A stretch of 64,000 bases of DNA. It comes from Pristiophorus japonicus (lineage: Eukaryota). Numbering within the stretch: position 1 is the first letter of the stretch; every line of letters starts with the position of its first letter. A program made the position numbers and the translations under genes. The stretch lies in the NCBI RefSeq assembly GCF_044704955.1, contig NC_091986.1, forward strand, positions 187,922,001 to 187,986,000, written 5' to 3'. Positions 37,086-49,992 of this stretch are shown piece by piece. A model generated the notes under the pieces. It was not told where the DNA came from. It searched no databases and worked only from the letters and a program-made list of their open reading frames with translations.

Positions 37086-38115
37086 GAAAGAAAGACTTGC
37101 ATTTATATAGCGTTTGTCATGACCTCTGGATGCTTTACAGGCAATGAAGTACATTTGAAGTGTAGTCGTTGTTGTAATGTAGGGAAACGTGGCAGCCAAT
37201 TTGCACACCACCACCTCCCACAAACAGCAAAGAAATGATAATGGGGCCGAAATTCACCCCCGCCTGAACCGGGTCGCACGTACCGTTTTTGTCGTGTTTT
37301 ACCCACTGCAATGGATGCAGCTCTGTGTCGTTTTTTTTCGAGCGGGGTGGAAGTTGGTCATAATGGGGACGGAAGTGAAGGCGGGACGGATTCTCCATCG
37401 CTGTCAGTCACCAGTTGGGCTGATGATGTCATTGCGCTGGCGCGTCACAGCGTCCCCCCCTCTTCCGTTAAAGGGGAGGGCCGCTGCGAGCTCTGCAACT
37501 TTTTAAGTTCCGTCCACTGGGCCACCAGGGAGGATGTCGGCCGGGACAATGGCCTGGCACCCAAGAGGGATGTCAGGCTGCCTGTTGGCCGCCTGGCCGA
37601 ACCCGGAGGCGTAATTGTCGGCCGGACCTGTCTTTCGGCCGACATAAAAAAAATAAAAGGCAGCAGTGCGCCCTCCCCTTTAATGGTGACACACCGCCAT
37701 TTCAAACACAGTGCTTCGACAGAAAAAGCTGTCTGGGGCACCGGCCAGCAGCCGGAAGACTTTTCCCGCTGAATTTCGCTTCCCGGGCGGGACATCAGCA
37801 ATGTGTGCTCTGATGACGCACTTAGGAGGCTTCGGCAGCAGAAGGCCGGAAGTGGGGGGAGCAGAGTGGAGTGGGTCACCGGTGGAAAAACCCCCGAGGA
37901 GAATTTTGCCAGCGGTGGCCATTCACCGAAAAATCGGCGGCCATGCGTCACCGCCGCATGGCCACTGCTTTCTGGTGGCCAGAGGCCTCATCAGGAGGCT
38001 GAATTTCGGCCCCAATCTGTTTTAATGATGTTGGTTCAGGGACAAATATTGGCCATAACACCAGGGAGATCACCCGCGCTCTTCCTCGAAATAGTGCCAT
38101 GGGATCTTTTACAGC
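37086..38115 (-). mobile_element. SacSINE1-like SINE split by a MITE
   Basis: aagacttgcatttatatagcg...ctcccacaaacagcaa before the MITE; aatctgtttt...aatagtgccatgggatctttt after it. Confidence 0.78.
37243..38013. mobile_element. Harbinger-like MITE with perfect TIRs
   Basis: AAT|ggggccgaaattca...tgaatttcggcccc|AAT: 14-bp perfect TIR and exact 3-bp TSD. Confidence 0.88.
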
Positions 38116-39594
38116 CATCTGATGCAAACATGCTAATGAACTGAACCAGCGTCTATGGGTGATGGGATGACCATGCTCAGTGGGTCCCTGGTGCTGCTTG
38201 GACAACTAGGCCAAGTCCTTTGCATTTGAGAGTGCAGGTGACGACTGAAGACCTGTGCATTGCCAGTTGAAGCCACTCTTTCCTCTGCTGCTCACAGTGC
38301 TGGCATCACTCAACCCTGGGCCAGATACAGGTTAACTTTGATGTGACCTAGATCTCCCATTTTGTACTGCTCAAATACTCAACTTCATTAGACCCGAGGG
38401 AACCCTCGATTGAACGGGCAGGACAGTTCCATTTCCTGCTTTATCAGTGCCCTGTAGACTCCTCATTAATAACCAATTGATGGTACAGTGTGGGCAGTAT
38501 TATGGTGTGATCTCGTGCCAGCTGAGACTGCCCAAGGTCATTGAGTCAGAGCCCTTACCTCCATCTGTCATGGACAGGACACTTCCATGAAGAGGAATGG
38601 AGCAGACATCAAATCCAGGCTCCAGGGCTGAATTGACTGTATTCCAACTTGAATGTCTCACGCACTGTCCCAAAGGAAGTTCAGCCCCAAACAGATGAGG
38701 CTCTTTCGAGTGGAAGGTTTTTTTGCGGGGGTACTTGCTCCGTCAGTGAGTGCTGGTTTGCTTATTACAAGCCCAGATGGTTGTTTACTGCAAAACTGTT
38801 TTCCATTGAGCCATTCATATCAGCTTAAGGATGAAGCATTCTGTATGAAACATGGTTTGATACTTACCGATTTTTAAATATATTTAATATGTTAAACAAA
38901 TAAGTTTCTTTTGTTCTAAATTTGTTTTTGTCAAATGCTTGCGCTAATCAAGGTGAGGGGCTGACGGTGCGGGGGATGGGAGCATTTACACCAGCTTTTA
39001 TATCTATTGCCAGCACCAGGCCTCTCCAGGCCCGATATTCCATGGCCAGATGCTCTCTCTCTGCTGTATTTCAACAATATTCCTCAGCCCCACGAGAACA
39101 CCCTGATACTGCAACAGTTTGAATGTAATCTCTGCCCGCACGGCCATCCCTGAGACCTCGGCGAAGTCTGCACTGTGGAAGCCCCACTTTTTCATGGGTC
39201 TATGTTTCTGCTGCCAGGTTAAAAGAGACGCTTTTTAACAGCAAGGAGTCGACACACAGATGACACCCTCCCATGATCCGAACTAAATAAATGCTGATGT
39301 AAAAGTGTCTTGAGTGAGGTTGCCACTTTACTGGGTTGTGGTGCATTTTGTTCTATTCACCTACACTGACTAAAAATGGGGTTAAGACCATCCAAGGTTA
39401 TTTCACATTAACATCCCTATACTTTCATCCCAGTGTTCTAGGACTGGTCTTGAGTCCAAGCCCCAGAGGTGAAGGTGGAGTATGTTCATCCACCGATTGG
39501 GGGAGAAGGAGGAGGGGGAGCATTTTTTTAAATTAGACCCGGCAGTCACAATTAAGTTGTAGCTGTGTAATGCCGCTAGCTCTCACCATTGCAT

Positions 39595-40682
39595 CATTAG
39601 CATGGATAGAGGATTGGCTAACTAACAGAAAACAGAGAGTCGGGATAAATGGGGCATTTTCCGGTTGGCAAACAGTGACTAGTGGGGTGTCGCAGGGATC
39701 AGTGTTGGGGCCTCAACTATTTACAATCTATAATAATGACTTGGATGAAGGGACCGAGTGTAATGTAGCCAAGTTTGCTGATGATACAAAAATGGGTGGG
39801 AAAGCAAATTGTGAGGAGGATGCAAAAAATCTGCTAAATGAGTGAGCAAAAATCTGGCAGATGAAGTATAATGTGGGAAAATGTGAGGTTATCCACTTAG
39901 GGCAAAAAAATAGGAAAAGAAAATTATAATTTGAATGGAGAAAAATTGCAAAGTGCTTCATTACAGAGAGACCTGGGGGTCCTTTTGCATGAAACACAAA
40001 AAGTTAATATGCAGGTACAGCAAGTAATCAGGAGGCAAATGGAATGTTGGCCTTTATTGCAAGGGGGATAGAGTATAAAAGCAGAGAAGTCCTGCTACAA
40101 CTGTACAGGGTATTGGTGAGGTCACACCTGGAATACTGCGTACAGTTTTGGTCTCCGCATTTAAGGAAGGATATACTTGCATTGGAGGCAGTTCAGAGAA
40201 GGTTCACTATGTTGATTCCGGAGATGAGGGGGTTGACTTATGAAGAAAGGTTGAGTAGGTTGGGCCTATACTCATTGGAGTTCAGAAAAGTGAGAGGTGA
40301 TCTTATCGAAACATATAAGATAATGAGGGGGCTCGACAAGGTGGATGCAGAGAGGATATTTCCACTCAGAGGGTAAACTAAAACTAGGGGACATAATCTC
40401 AGAATAAGGGACAACCCATTTAAAACTGAGATGAGAAGGAATTTCTTCTCTCAGAGGGTTGTAAATCTGTGGAATTCTCTGCCCCAGAGAGCTGTGGAGG
40501 CTGGGTCATTGAATATATTTAAGGTGGAGGATTTTTGACTGATAAGGGAGTAAAGGGTTATGGGGAGCGGGCAGGGAAGTGGAGCTGAGTCCATGATCAA
40601 ATCAGCCATGATCTTATTAAATGGCGGAGCAGGTGCGAGGGGTCAGGTGGCCTACTCCTGCTCCTATTTCTTATGTTCTTAT
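39595..40682 (+). mobile_element. CR1 LINE 3' part
   Basis: [27 protein letters not shown]; tail ttcttatgttcttat. Confidence 0.92.
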
Positions 40683-40859
40683 CACGAGGCATTTTATTTG
40701 GCATATTTTGGGGGGCAAATCACAATATCGAAGTAGTTCCTGAAAATCTCATGAGTGCAGTTTGCCCTCTTTGTGCTACCTGTTTGATATGAGCTATTGT
40801 GGTACGGCACCACTCCGCTCCGTGCCATGACCAGATTCTGCTCTTCTCCCCGCCCTCTT

Positions 40860-41272
40860 AACTTAAGAATTGGGAGCAGGAGTAGGCCGCATGGTCCCTC
40901 GAGCCTGCTCCACCATTCAATAAGATCATGGCTGATCTTCGAACTCCACTTTCCCGCCCAATTTCCATATCCCTTGATTTCCCCTAGTGTCCAAAAAGCT
41001 TTCTTTCTCAGTCTTGAATATACTCAATGACTCAGCATCCACAGCTTTTTGGAGTAGAGAATTCCAACCCTCTGAGTGAAGAAATTCCTCCTCATCCCAG
41101 TCTTAAATGACCAACCCCTTATCTTGAGACTGTGCCTCCTAGTTGTAGACTCTCCAGCCAGGAGAAATAACCTCTCAGCATCTATCCTGTCAATTCCCCT
41201 CCAGAATCTTATATATTTCAATGAGATCACCTCTCATTCTTCTAAACTCCAGCGAGTACAGGCCCAATGTAC
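40860..41272 (-). mobile_element. CR1 3' fragment
   Basis: aacttaagaattgggagcaggagtaggcc...gagatcacctctcattcttctaaactcca. Confidence 0.88.
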
Positions 41273-41274
41273 TC

Positions 41275-41835
41275 TACTTCCTGGTTTGCTCCACCCTCCC
41301 CAACCTAGCACTGCTCCCTGTTCTGTCTTTGCTGTTGCTTGTCAGCCATATTCCCCAGCCAGTCTCTATGCTCTCTTGCCTGGCACTGCTCCTCCCTTGC
41401 TGCTTTCCAGATTGTGCACACTCTTTTCCCCCACCCAAGGTTGCTCCCCGGCCTGTTTCTGCTCTCCCCACCATACAGCGTTGCTCCCCAGTCTGTCTTC
41501 ACTCTTCCCCTAGTGCCGTTCCACTGCTTATCCTGGCTCCCCTTCCCGTCTCTTCTCTTGCCAGCTGGGTGCTGATCCCTACTTTCTCCCTGCTCAGCAC
41601 TGCTCCCCATTCTGCTTCCACTCATTGCAGGCTGCCTGCTCTGTCTCCATTTCCCCCCCACCAGTACTCTGCAGCCTGACCCCTGCAAACCCCCATTCAG
41701 CATTGCTCTTCAGCCTTCCCCACTCTGATGCTCAGCACAGCTCCTCAGTAGTTTTCCACTCTCCCCTCACACATTGCTGCTCCCCAGTCTGTCTCCACTC
41801 TCGCATGCTCATCACCGCTCTGTCTATCTCTGCTC
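41275..41835. repeat. Degenerate pyrimidine-rich tandem-like region (tgctcccc motif)
   Basis: Recurrent ctgctcccc/tgctccccagtctgtct units at irregular spacing. Confidence 0.5.
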
Positions 41836-41852
41836 AGTGCTGCGTTAACAGC

Positions 41853-42644
41853 TAGCATTGCCAACTCTGGTTAGATGTAGTCCTGGAGGTTTCATCACAT
41901 GGCCTCCTGTCTACAATCTACCCATCCACTCGCTCTTGCCATTGGTCAACCCTGTGGTGCCCCGCCTTCCCATGCCAGGAAAACAAACAGACTGTTACCT
42001 TTTCTTAAATTCATTGACAGGATATGGGCATCGCTGGCATTTATTGCCATCCCTAATTGCCACTGAAAAGGTGGTGGTGAGCCGCCGCCTTGAAACACTG
42101 CAGTCCTTGTGATGAAGCTACTCCCACAGTGCTTTTAGGGAGGGAGTTCCAGGATTTTGACCCAGCGACGATGAAGGAACAGCGATATACTTCCAAGTCA
42201 GGATGGTGTGTAACTTGGAGGGGAATGTGGAGGTGATGGTGTTCCCATGTGCCTGCTATCTAGGTGGTAGAGGCCGCGGGTTTGGGAGGTGCTGCCGAAG
42301 AAGCCTTGGCAGGTTGCTGCAGTGCATGGCACACTCTGCAGCCACGGTGCGCCAGTGGTAGAGGGAGCGAATGTTGAAGGTGGCAGATGAGGTGCCAATC
42401 AAGCGGGCTGCTTTGTCCCGGATGATACCTGATTTGGATGATTCCTAAATGACCGTCAAACAACCATTTTTCCCAATGAATGAATGCATTTTTATAAAGA
42501 ATAATTGAAAGTGTTCAAAAAATAAATCAACTTTTTTTTAACGCTCTTATCATTTTTCTCCTGGGTTGCTTGCAGCAGTGTCCGGGATGATTAATCTTGA
42601 ATTCCTGAAGCCTGCGGGATAATCCTGGAGGGTTGGCCACCCTG
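41853..42644. mobile_element. hAT (Blackjack-like termini) non-autonomous element containing a LINE 3' fragment
   Basis: tagcattgccaactct ... agggttggccaccctg (degenerate TAGGGTTGCCAAC-type TIR); tcctggag subterminal repeats; flanks ttaacagc/gttacagt. Confidence 0.55.
42001..42425 (-). mobile_element. 3' end of the LINE family seen at 25765-28945
   Basis: Reverse complement overlaps 28680-28945 and continues to the tail ggcaattagggatggcaataaatgccagcgatgccc. Confidence 0.85.
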
Positions 42645-43237
42645 GTTACAGTCTGCTGTCTTCCTTTCAGTACCACTCTCAGCTGCGCTCTCCGGCATTA
42701 TTCATGAGTGAGTCGAGCTGCATTCCACAACAGTCACGCTTCACAAATGAGCTGCAAGCCTGCTACCTAATCCAGTTTTGCCTTAGCTTTGCAACAACAA
42801 CAAAAAATAGACTAGCGATTCCTTTTAAACATTTATCGGAGCTTATTTGCAAAGTGAAGGTGGGATCAGGACAAAAGCCGCTGCGGCTTGATTTTTTTGG
42901 ACGGAGTTGTGGAATGCAATCCCCCAAACCACCATTAAAAATCCTGGAATCCAAGTAATAAAAATGGAATTTCACTTATTTGCTCACAGTAAAGCAATGG
43001 TCCCGATAAGGACTGAAGCTTCATCTCAAAGAACGGGTGAGGGAGGTGGAAGAAAGAGGGGCACAGAGAGAAAGACAAGCTGATGGAAACAAGCAGGCAG
43101 TGTCACGATCGGGATCAGTTTTAGCCAAGTTAATATAGCTGCCGGATCTTTTTTTCCAGAGAATTTCACTGAAACTTCAGTCATTCTTAACTCCAAACGC
43201 AGCAAAGCTGAAATCCGTCAGTTTTAAATTAGAACAA

Positions 43238-43258
43238 ACACACACACACACACACACA
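43238..43258. repeat. (AC)n microsatellite
   Basis: About 10 AC units. Confidence 0.9.
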
Positions 43259-44611
43259 GACAGTGTGTTATTCTATAACTGTGCTAAAATCTGACAAGAC
43301 ATGATGGAAGGAAGATATTAATGCCAGATGAGGGATTTGAACATACATCTTGGGGCCCCGTACGCTCTGTCTTCGAGTCCCTTACCTGTCACCAGTGATT
43401 TATTTCCGGTTTCTCCAATTGTTTTGCCTTACTCTACAGAAGGCACTGACTCTTGTTGGGATACAGTTCCATGGGCAGCAGCTTCTTCTCTGTTGCCTAA
43501 CTCGAATGCCCATTTTTCGTGTTGGAGCTGCCATCTTTTGGACGAGACTAAACATCATCAAAACAGATCGACTAGTCATTTATCTCTTTTACCTTTTGTG
43601 GGATCTTGATGGGCATAAATTGGCTTCCACATTTTTTTTATTCATTCATTGTAATGGGGGCATCGCTGGCAAGGCCAGCATTTATTGCTCATCCTCAATA
43701 TGTTTGCCCACTTAACAACAATGGGTATGCCTCAGCTTGCAGGCACAAGGACCGTTCCCTGCGTCCCCCACCTGCCCAAAAATGTGCACACCCAAATTGT
43801 TAGGCCCATCATTTGCTGGGGTAAAGCTGTGCGGGGGTTAACCCCTTCAGTATCTCACTCAAGTGTCTGCTCTGTAGGCGTGAATCTAAACATGGTGTCA
43901 GCAGACTCATCAGCGCTAATGCATTTCATAACCTAGCTCGATCACACACTCACCCGATGTCCACATATACACTCGCAAGTGATTTCCCCAAATTATTGCA
44001 CCTTCAACATTGCCTCAATCACAATCAGCTAGCTTAGCACAGAACAAGGATGCAACTTGGGCCTTTCCTCATCTGCAATAACCGACCGAACTGTTAGGCC
44101 GTGGTTGCTCTTTTTTTTTAATACTCTTTGCTTCTTTATCTAATTCCTTTCTCCTAATGCTTGTAATGTATACCCCAGCCGTTAATGCCTTTCCAAATGT
44201 TATCTATCAGGTGGTAACATTTAAATGAATGAGTTAAATTGTAAACCAGTAAGGACTACAGCCCAGTGATATGGCAGCAAGAAGACTGTTGATGTGATGA
44301 AATGTTTTCGTAGGATAGTTGTTAAGATTTAAGGTTGATTTTGCAAAATGGCTCTAAAAATACAACAGCTTCTCAATTCTTGACATTGTGTGAAATCCAT
44401 GGCAATCAGACTGTCACTTTTCATCTCCTGCATATATTCTAAATCATGGTTGTCATGGTGATACTGAGTGAGCAATAGGAAATAGTTGAAAACCATAAAT
44501 GTAGACAGAAAAGGTCACATTTGCACCAAGTTGACAGGACCTTAGAATTCAGCAGTGAGGTAATTATTAATGTAGTGTGTACGACTATAGTGGGTGAAAT
44601 TTAAGCGTCAT

Positions 44612-45337
44612 GGGGAGGTGCAATGAGACCTGGGTGTCATGATACATCAGCCATTGAAAGTAGGCATGCAGGTACAGCAGGCAGTAAAGAAAGCAAATGG
44701 CATGTTGGCCTTCATAGCGAGAGGATTTGAGTATAGGAGCAGGGAGGTCTTGCTGCAGTTGTACAGGGCCTTGGTGAGACCACACCTTGAGTATTGTGTG
44801 CACTTTTGGTCTTCTAATCTGAGGAAGGACATTCTTACTATTGAGGAAGTGCAGCGAAGGTTCAGGACTGCAGGACTGACATATGAAAGATGGCAGGACT
44901 GACATATGAAGAAAGACTGGATCGACTAGGCTTATATTCACTGGTGTTTAGAAGAATGAGAGGGGATCTCATACAAGCATATAAAATTCTGACGGGATTA
45001 GACAAGTTAGATGCAGGAAGAATGTTCCCGATGTTGGGGAAGTCCAGAACCAGGGGTCACAGTCTAAGGATAAGGGGTAAGCTATCTAGGACCGAGATGA
45101 AGAGACTATTTTTTACGCAGAGAATTGTGAACCTGTGGAATTCTCTACCACAGAAAGTTGTTGAGTCCAGTTTGTTGGATATATCCAAAAGGCAGTTAGA
45201 TGTGGCCCTTACGGCTAAAGGGATCAGGGGGTATGGAGAGCAGGCAGGAGTGGGGTACTGAAGTTGCATGATCAGTCATGATCATATTGAATGGTGGTGC
45301 AGGCTCGAAGGGCCGAATGGCCTGCTCCTGCACCTAT
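44612..45337 (+). mobile_element. CR1 3' fragment
   Basis: QVQQAVKKANGMLAFI...RRMRGDLI...VNLWNSLP; small internal duplication of gcaggactgacatatgaa. Confidence 0.9.
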
Positions 45338-46013
45338 TACCCACTGCTGTATTATTCAGAATTTCTTGTCTACAAGACGAGGCCCAGGATGGTAGTGGGT
45401 AAAGATCTTGCTGGGGACAAGGGCATCCACGGTGGAAGTGAGCAAGTGATTGAGGAAATTAGCAGCTGTGGATTATATCAGGGAATAGAGGGCCAAAGGC
45501 TAGGCGGTTAGGATTTGGTAAGTGACTTTGTTTTCAGGCGCACTTGCAGAAGAAAGTGGGGTTTTAAGAGGGTGAGGTTTATGAGGAAATAGCTGGAGAT
45601 CGCCTTGTCTGTAGCAGAGACTGTGGGAATAGAGAAGACACAGGATATGGCCAGGTATATGGATAGGAGAGTTTATATAGAGAGGGGGGTGGGGCAGGAT
45701 AGGAGGGCAATGATTTCAGAGGATAGGCCAATGGGTGCTGAGATGGATTGCAATCACCGAGGATGGAGTCGCTCAGTGCAGAGACTGAGGGAGGGAGGAT
45801 ATCTTGATGAGAAACTTGTTTCAGATTTGTGGAGAGTTGGTAGACAATGAAGATTTTAAAGATAAGAGGTGGGACAAGGTGGGATTCTCAAAGGAAGAGT
45901 ATGTACCAGAGAAATAGGGACAGAGATCAGGGTGTGATTTGGTGATAATGGTATTATACCACGGCAACAGTTTGGGTGAGGCAAGTAGTGCAACCAGCAC
46001 TCCCCTTCATCTT

Positions 46014-46563
46014 TGTAATGTTTGGTTTCATGGGTTCTTGCTTAAGAATTCATTGCAACACATTGCTATTAAGAACTAGTTGGTTTATTCTCAAAGGTTT
46101 AACAATCACACTGCACATTACCAGTTCATCCACTAGGCTCACAACTGCATACCTCATCGTGGATGACCTAGACCCAACTGACTGGGGGTTTTATTGAGTC
46201 TTGTGAACATCATGTGACTGGCTAAGCCACTCACAATGCAACAGCCCTACAACTATTTTGTTGTGAACAATAATATCATTAAATCCAGTGCCCTCTGATT
46301 TGGGGGGACACTCCAAACACTTCCAAACAAGTGTCCCCTTGTTTTTTGTTTTTTTTTTAATGTTTTTTTTGAGGGCACTAAAATCACAAATTATACAAGT
46401 GCCCCCTGGCTAAAAGGGGCGGGGGGCACTAAAAACGACACAATAAACAAATTAAATTTTGGACATGAAATCAAATTAAAATTTGGTTGCTGGGGGTGAT
46501 GATGCACTCCAGTGCAACAGCCCTACAAAACCTGTGAGCATACTCACAGGTGCATACATTACA
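46014..46563 (-). mobile_element. Solo LTR with a Tx1-type insertion
   Basis: tgtaatg...cattaca inverted termini; homologous to 29765-29988. Confidence 0.8.
46253..46512 (-). mobile_element. 5'-truncated Tx1/L1-group LINE (last codons plus 3'UTR)
   Basis: 16-bp TSD tgcaacagccctacaa (46237-46252 and 46513-46528). The minus strand reads LECIITPSNQILI*, which I recognise as a Tx1-type ORF2 C-terminus. Hairpins such as gtgcccc...ggggcac lie in the 3'UTR. Confidence 0.7.
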
Positions 46564-47794
46564 ATTGTGCTTAATTGGCATATGTGAATCAGGACTCTGC
46601 CGGTTTTGGGTGGGCAGCTTAGCCACCCACTCAGATCTATCCATTAAAACTTGAAACAACAAGATTTAGGCGGCTTTCTCACAGTTAATTAACCCAGGAC
46701 ACTTTTAGTGCCCACTATCTGGTTTCTGTAGTTCTGGTAGCGTTAAGATCCCCCGAACTATTGTCTTCGCTGGATGTAGCGCCTATACATTTTTGAGCTA
46801 TTACCTGTTTTGAAGGTGCTGTTTAATTTTTGCGAATTTTCCAGGTTAATATGTATGTGGGTTCAGGGTTCTCGAGGACGAATTTAGGACAGACACGTAT
46901 TCCTTTGCACACAGAAAATGCTCAATAGCTGGAAAGGATTGCCAGGAAGAGTGACTGAGGCCTGGAGACAGGACTCATTTAAAGAACAGCTGCACGCTGT
47001 AATGGGAAAGGGTCAGTAACTGGAAGGATGGGGTGAAGGGCCTTCTTAAACTGAACTTTGCTCATGATTAGCCAGTTGCATCTTCCAGGACAGTATGCTT
47101 TTACAACATTGTGAGTGGTATCGGCAAATAGAGATTCACATGGATAAAGTCAGGTAAAAGCACTGTGAAATAACCTCCTGCAAACACCTAGCGATTGTGC
47201 CAAATCCTAAAAGCAGCTAAAGGGTATGAAGGTCCTATGAAATGGGTAATGCAACCTGCTGGAAATTCTACCCCCAAGCTGTGAGGAGGTCTTCACAGGC
47301 CACTGAGGCTTGGCGCTCGCCTGGGATGACTTCATAATCAAGTTAAGTATTAAGATTGAAGTGTACTATAGAAAGAAATCTTTAAATGGATTTGGCACAA
47401 ATCTATGCAATGTGTTTGCTCAAGATGTAGATACTTAATAAATAAACTATGTGAATTAAAAACAAATTTTTTACAGGACATATTAACCCTCTTTGACTGA
47501 AAGCAGCCAGAACAGTCTTGATGGTATGCGCATATGGATCTCCAGCAGTGCTGATCTTTGAAAAATTTCACTTCTTGCTTTCTTTTTCTCCTTGAGATGA
47601 AAGATGTCAGTGATCAGGAATGAGAGACTCTTTTCATTTTGGTCATACATTGTGTGTCTGTGTCAGGCTATGAGAGGGCAGCTATAGCACGCCTTCCTCT
47701 GCTTGCCCTCAATAAGGTGCCAAGACCTCAGCCAAGCCATAGCCTTTCCTGAAGCAGCAGTCAGACTAATTCCACTCTCCATAACCACGCATCA

Positions 47795-49992
47795 CAACAA
47801 CAACAACAACTTGTATTTATAAAGTGCCTTTAAAGTAGTAAAGTGTCCCAAGGCGCTTCGCAGCAATGTTATAAGACAAAACAAATAAATTAGACACCGA
47901 GCCACATAAGAAGAAATTAGGGCAGCTCACCAAAAGCTTGGTCAAAGAGGTAAGTTTTAAGGAGCATCTTAAAGGAGGAAAGAGAGGCGGAGAGGTTTAG
48001 GAAGAAACATAGAAACATAGAAACATCGGGCCCAAGTTTCAAGCCGCGCTTAGAACAGCGCAGTCCCGATCTGGACGCCCGTTTTTCGCGCCACAAAGTG
48101 CGCCTAAAAAAAACTTCCAGATTCTCCAGCTCCCTGCAGGTCGTTTACAGCTAGGCGCAGCGCAGCAGGAGCTGTAGGGGGCGGAGCCAGGTCCCTGCGC
48201 TGAAAACAGTGCCGGGACCTCTGCACATGCGCGCTACAGTGGGCGCGCATGTGCAGTAGCTCCAGGCGCCCAACACTGTGTTGGAGGGGCCGCAGCACGC
48301 AGCCCCTAGCCCTGGCCGAATGACCTCACTGGGGCTGTGTGAATAAGGCTCCTCCCACGCCCAGCTCCTCTGCTTCCTCCCGACCCGACTCCCGCTCCCC
48401 CCGCCCCCCGCCCCCCCCCCCCACCCCCCGGACCTACCCCGACCCCGACCCGACTTCCACTTTCCCCCCACCGCCCCCAGCTGGACCCGACCCGACTCCC
48501 GCTTCCCCCCCCTGCCCCTGGACCGGACCCGACACCAACCCGACCCGACTCCGGCTTCCCCCTCCCCACCGCCCCCGGACCCGACCGGACCCGACTCCCA
48601 CTTCCCCCCCCCCCCCCCCACCCCCAGACTGGATCTGACCTGACCTCCCTCCCCCTGATCTGACCTCCCTCTCCCTCCCTCCCCCCGACCCGAACCGAAC
48701 CAACTTCCCTCCCACCACCCCCCCAACCCGCGCTCCCCCCGACCCGACCCAACGCCACCTACCTGTAAATCTGGTGCTGGGGACGGGCCCTGCCCGAAGT
48801 CTCGGGCCCGGCCCGTTCAGCCTCCCTCCCCCTTCTCCTTCCCCCCCCCCCCACACATCTCCTTCCCCCCCCATCTCCTTTCCCCCCCATCTCCTTCCCC
48901 CCCATCTCCTTCCCCCCATCTCCTTTCCCCCCCATCTCCTTTCCCCCCCATCTCCTCCTCCCCCTCCTCCTCCTCCCCCCTCCCCCCTCCTCCTTCTCCC
49001 CCCCTCCCCCTTCTCCCCTTCTCCCCCTTCTCCCCCCCTCCCCCTCCTCCCCTCACTGTCAAAAACACAGACACTGACAGACAGAGAATGAGAGACACAC
49101 ACAGACAGACAGAGAGATAGAGACACTGACAGAGACACACTGGGGGAGGGAGGGGGGGGGGGGGAGGGGGGGGTTGGAGGGCTCCCGGTGCTGCAGTCGG
49201 TAAGTAGAAAATGTTTTATTTAATTGATTTTAAAAAAAAAAATTATTTCCTATTAATTTTTTTTGATTGATTTATTGGTTGATTTATTGATGTATTTATC
49301 ATTTATTATTGATGATGGCCCTTTATTTGTAAAACTGAAGTGTTTAATGTTTGTAAACTTCCCTTTAAACACCCCCCCCCCCCCATTCTCTACGCCTGAC
49401 TTGTAACCTACGCCTGATTTTCTAAAGTGTAGACAAGGTTTTTTCGAGCGTACAAAATTCTTCTCTTACTCCATTCTAAGTTAGTTTGGAGTAAGTTTTC
49501 ACTGACGAAACTTTGAAAACAGGCGTAAGTGGCCGGACACGCCCTCTTTTGAAAAAAAAATTCTGTTCCTAAGTGAAACTGTTCTAACTGACTAGAACTG
49601 GAGCAAACTAAATGGCAAGAATTCCGATTACTAAGATACTCCGTTCTACACCAGTTGCTCCTAAAAATCAGGAGCAAATCATGTCGAAGCTTGGGGCCAT
49701 CGAAACATAGAAAATAGGTGCAGGAGTAGGCCATTCGGACCTTCGAGCCTGCACCGCCATTCAATAAGTTCATGGCTGAACATGCAACCTCAATACCCCA
49801 TCCCTGCTTTCTCGCCATACCCCTTGATTCCCCTAGTAGTAAGGAGGGAGTTCCAGAGCTTAGGGCCCAGGCAGCTGAAGTCATAGCCACCGATGGTTGA
49901 GCATATTATAATCAGGGATGCTCAAGAGGGCAGAATTTGAGGAGCACTGACATCTTGTGGGGTTGTGAGACTGGAGGAGATTACAGAGATAG
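47795..49992 (-). mobile_element. L2 3' end interrupted by a CR1 3' tail fragment (48003-49841), itself interrupted by a TIR element
   Basis: acaacaacttgtatttat...ggagaggtttag, then (acatagaa)n CR1 tail, then ggagggagttccagagcttagggcccagg resumes L2. Confidence 0.8.
48028..49698 (+). mobile_element. Complete 1.67-kb GC-rich non-autonomous Harbinger-like element
   Basis: ATC|gggcccaagtttc...gaagcttggggcc|ATC. No transposase-like ORF. Interior has (cccga)n, (cccccatctcctt)n, (ag)n and AT-rich tracts. Confidence 0.82.

Noticed and set aside
29765-46563. Two same-family LTRs as the ends of one provirus
   Set aside because: They are 16 kb apart with no gag/pol between them, are visibly diverged, and the first has its own near-TSD; they are solo LTRs.
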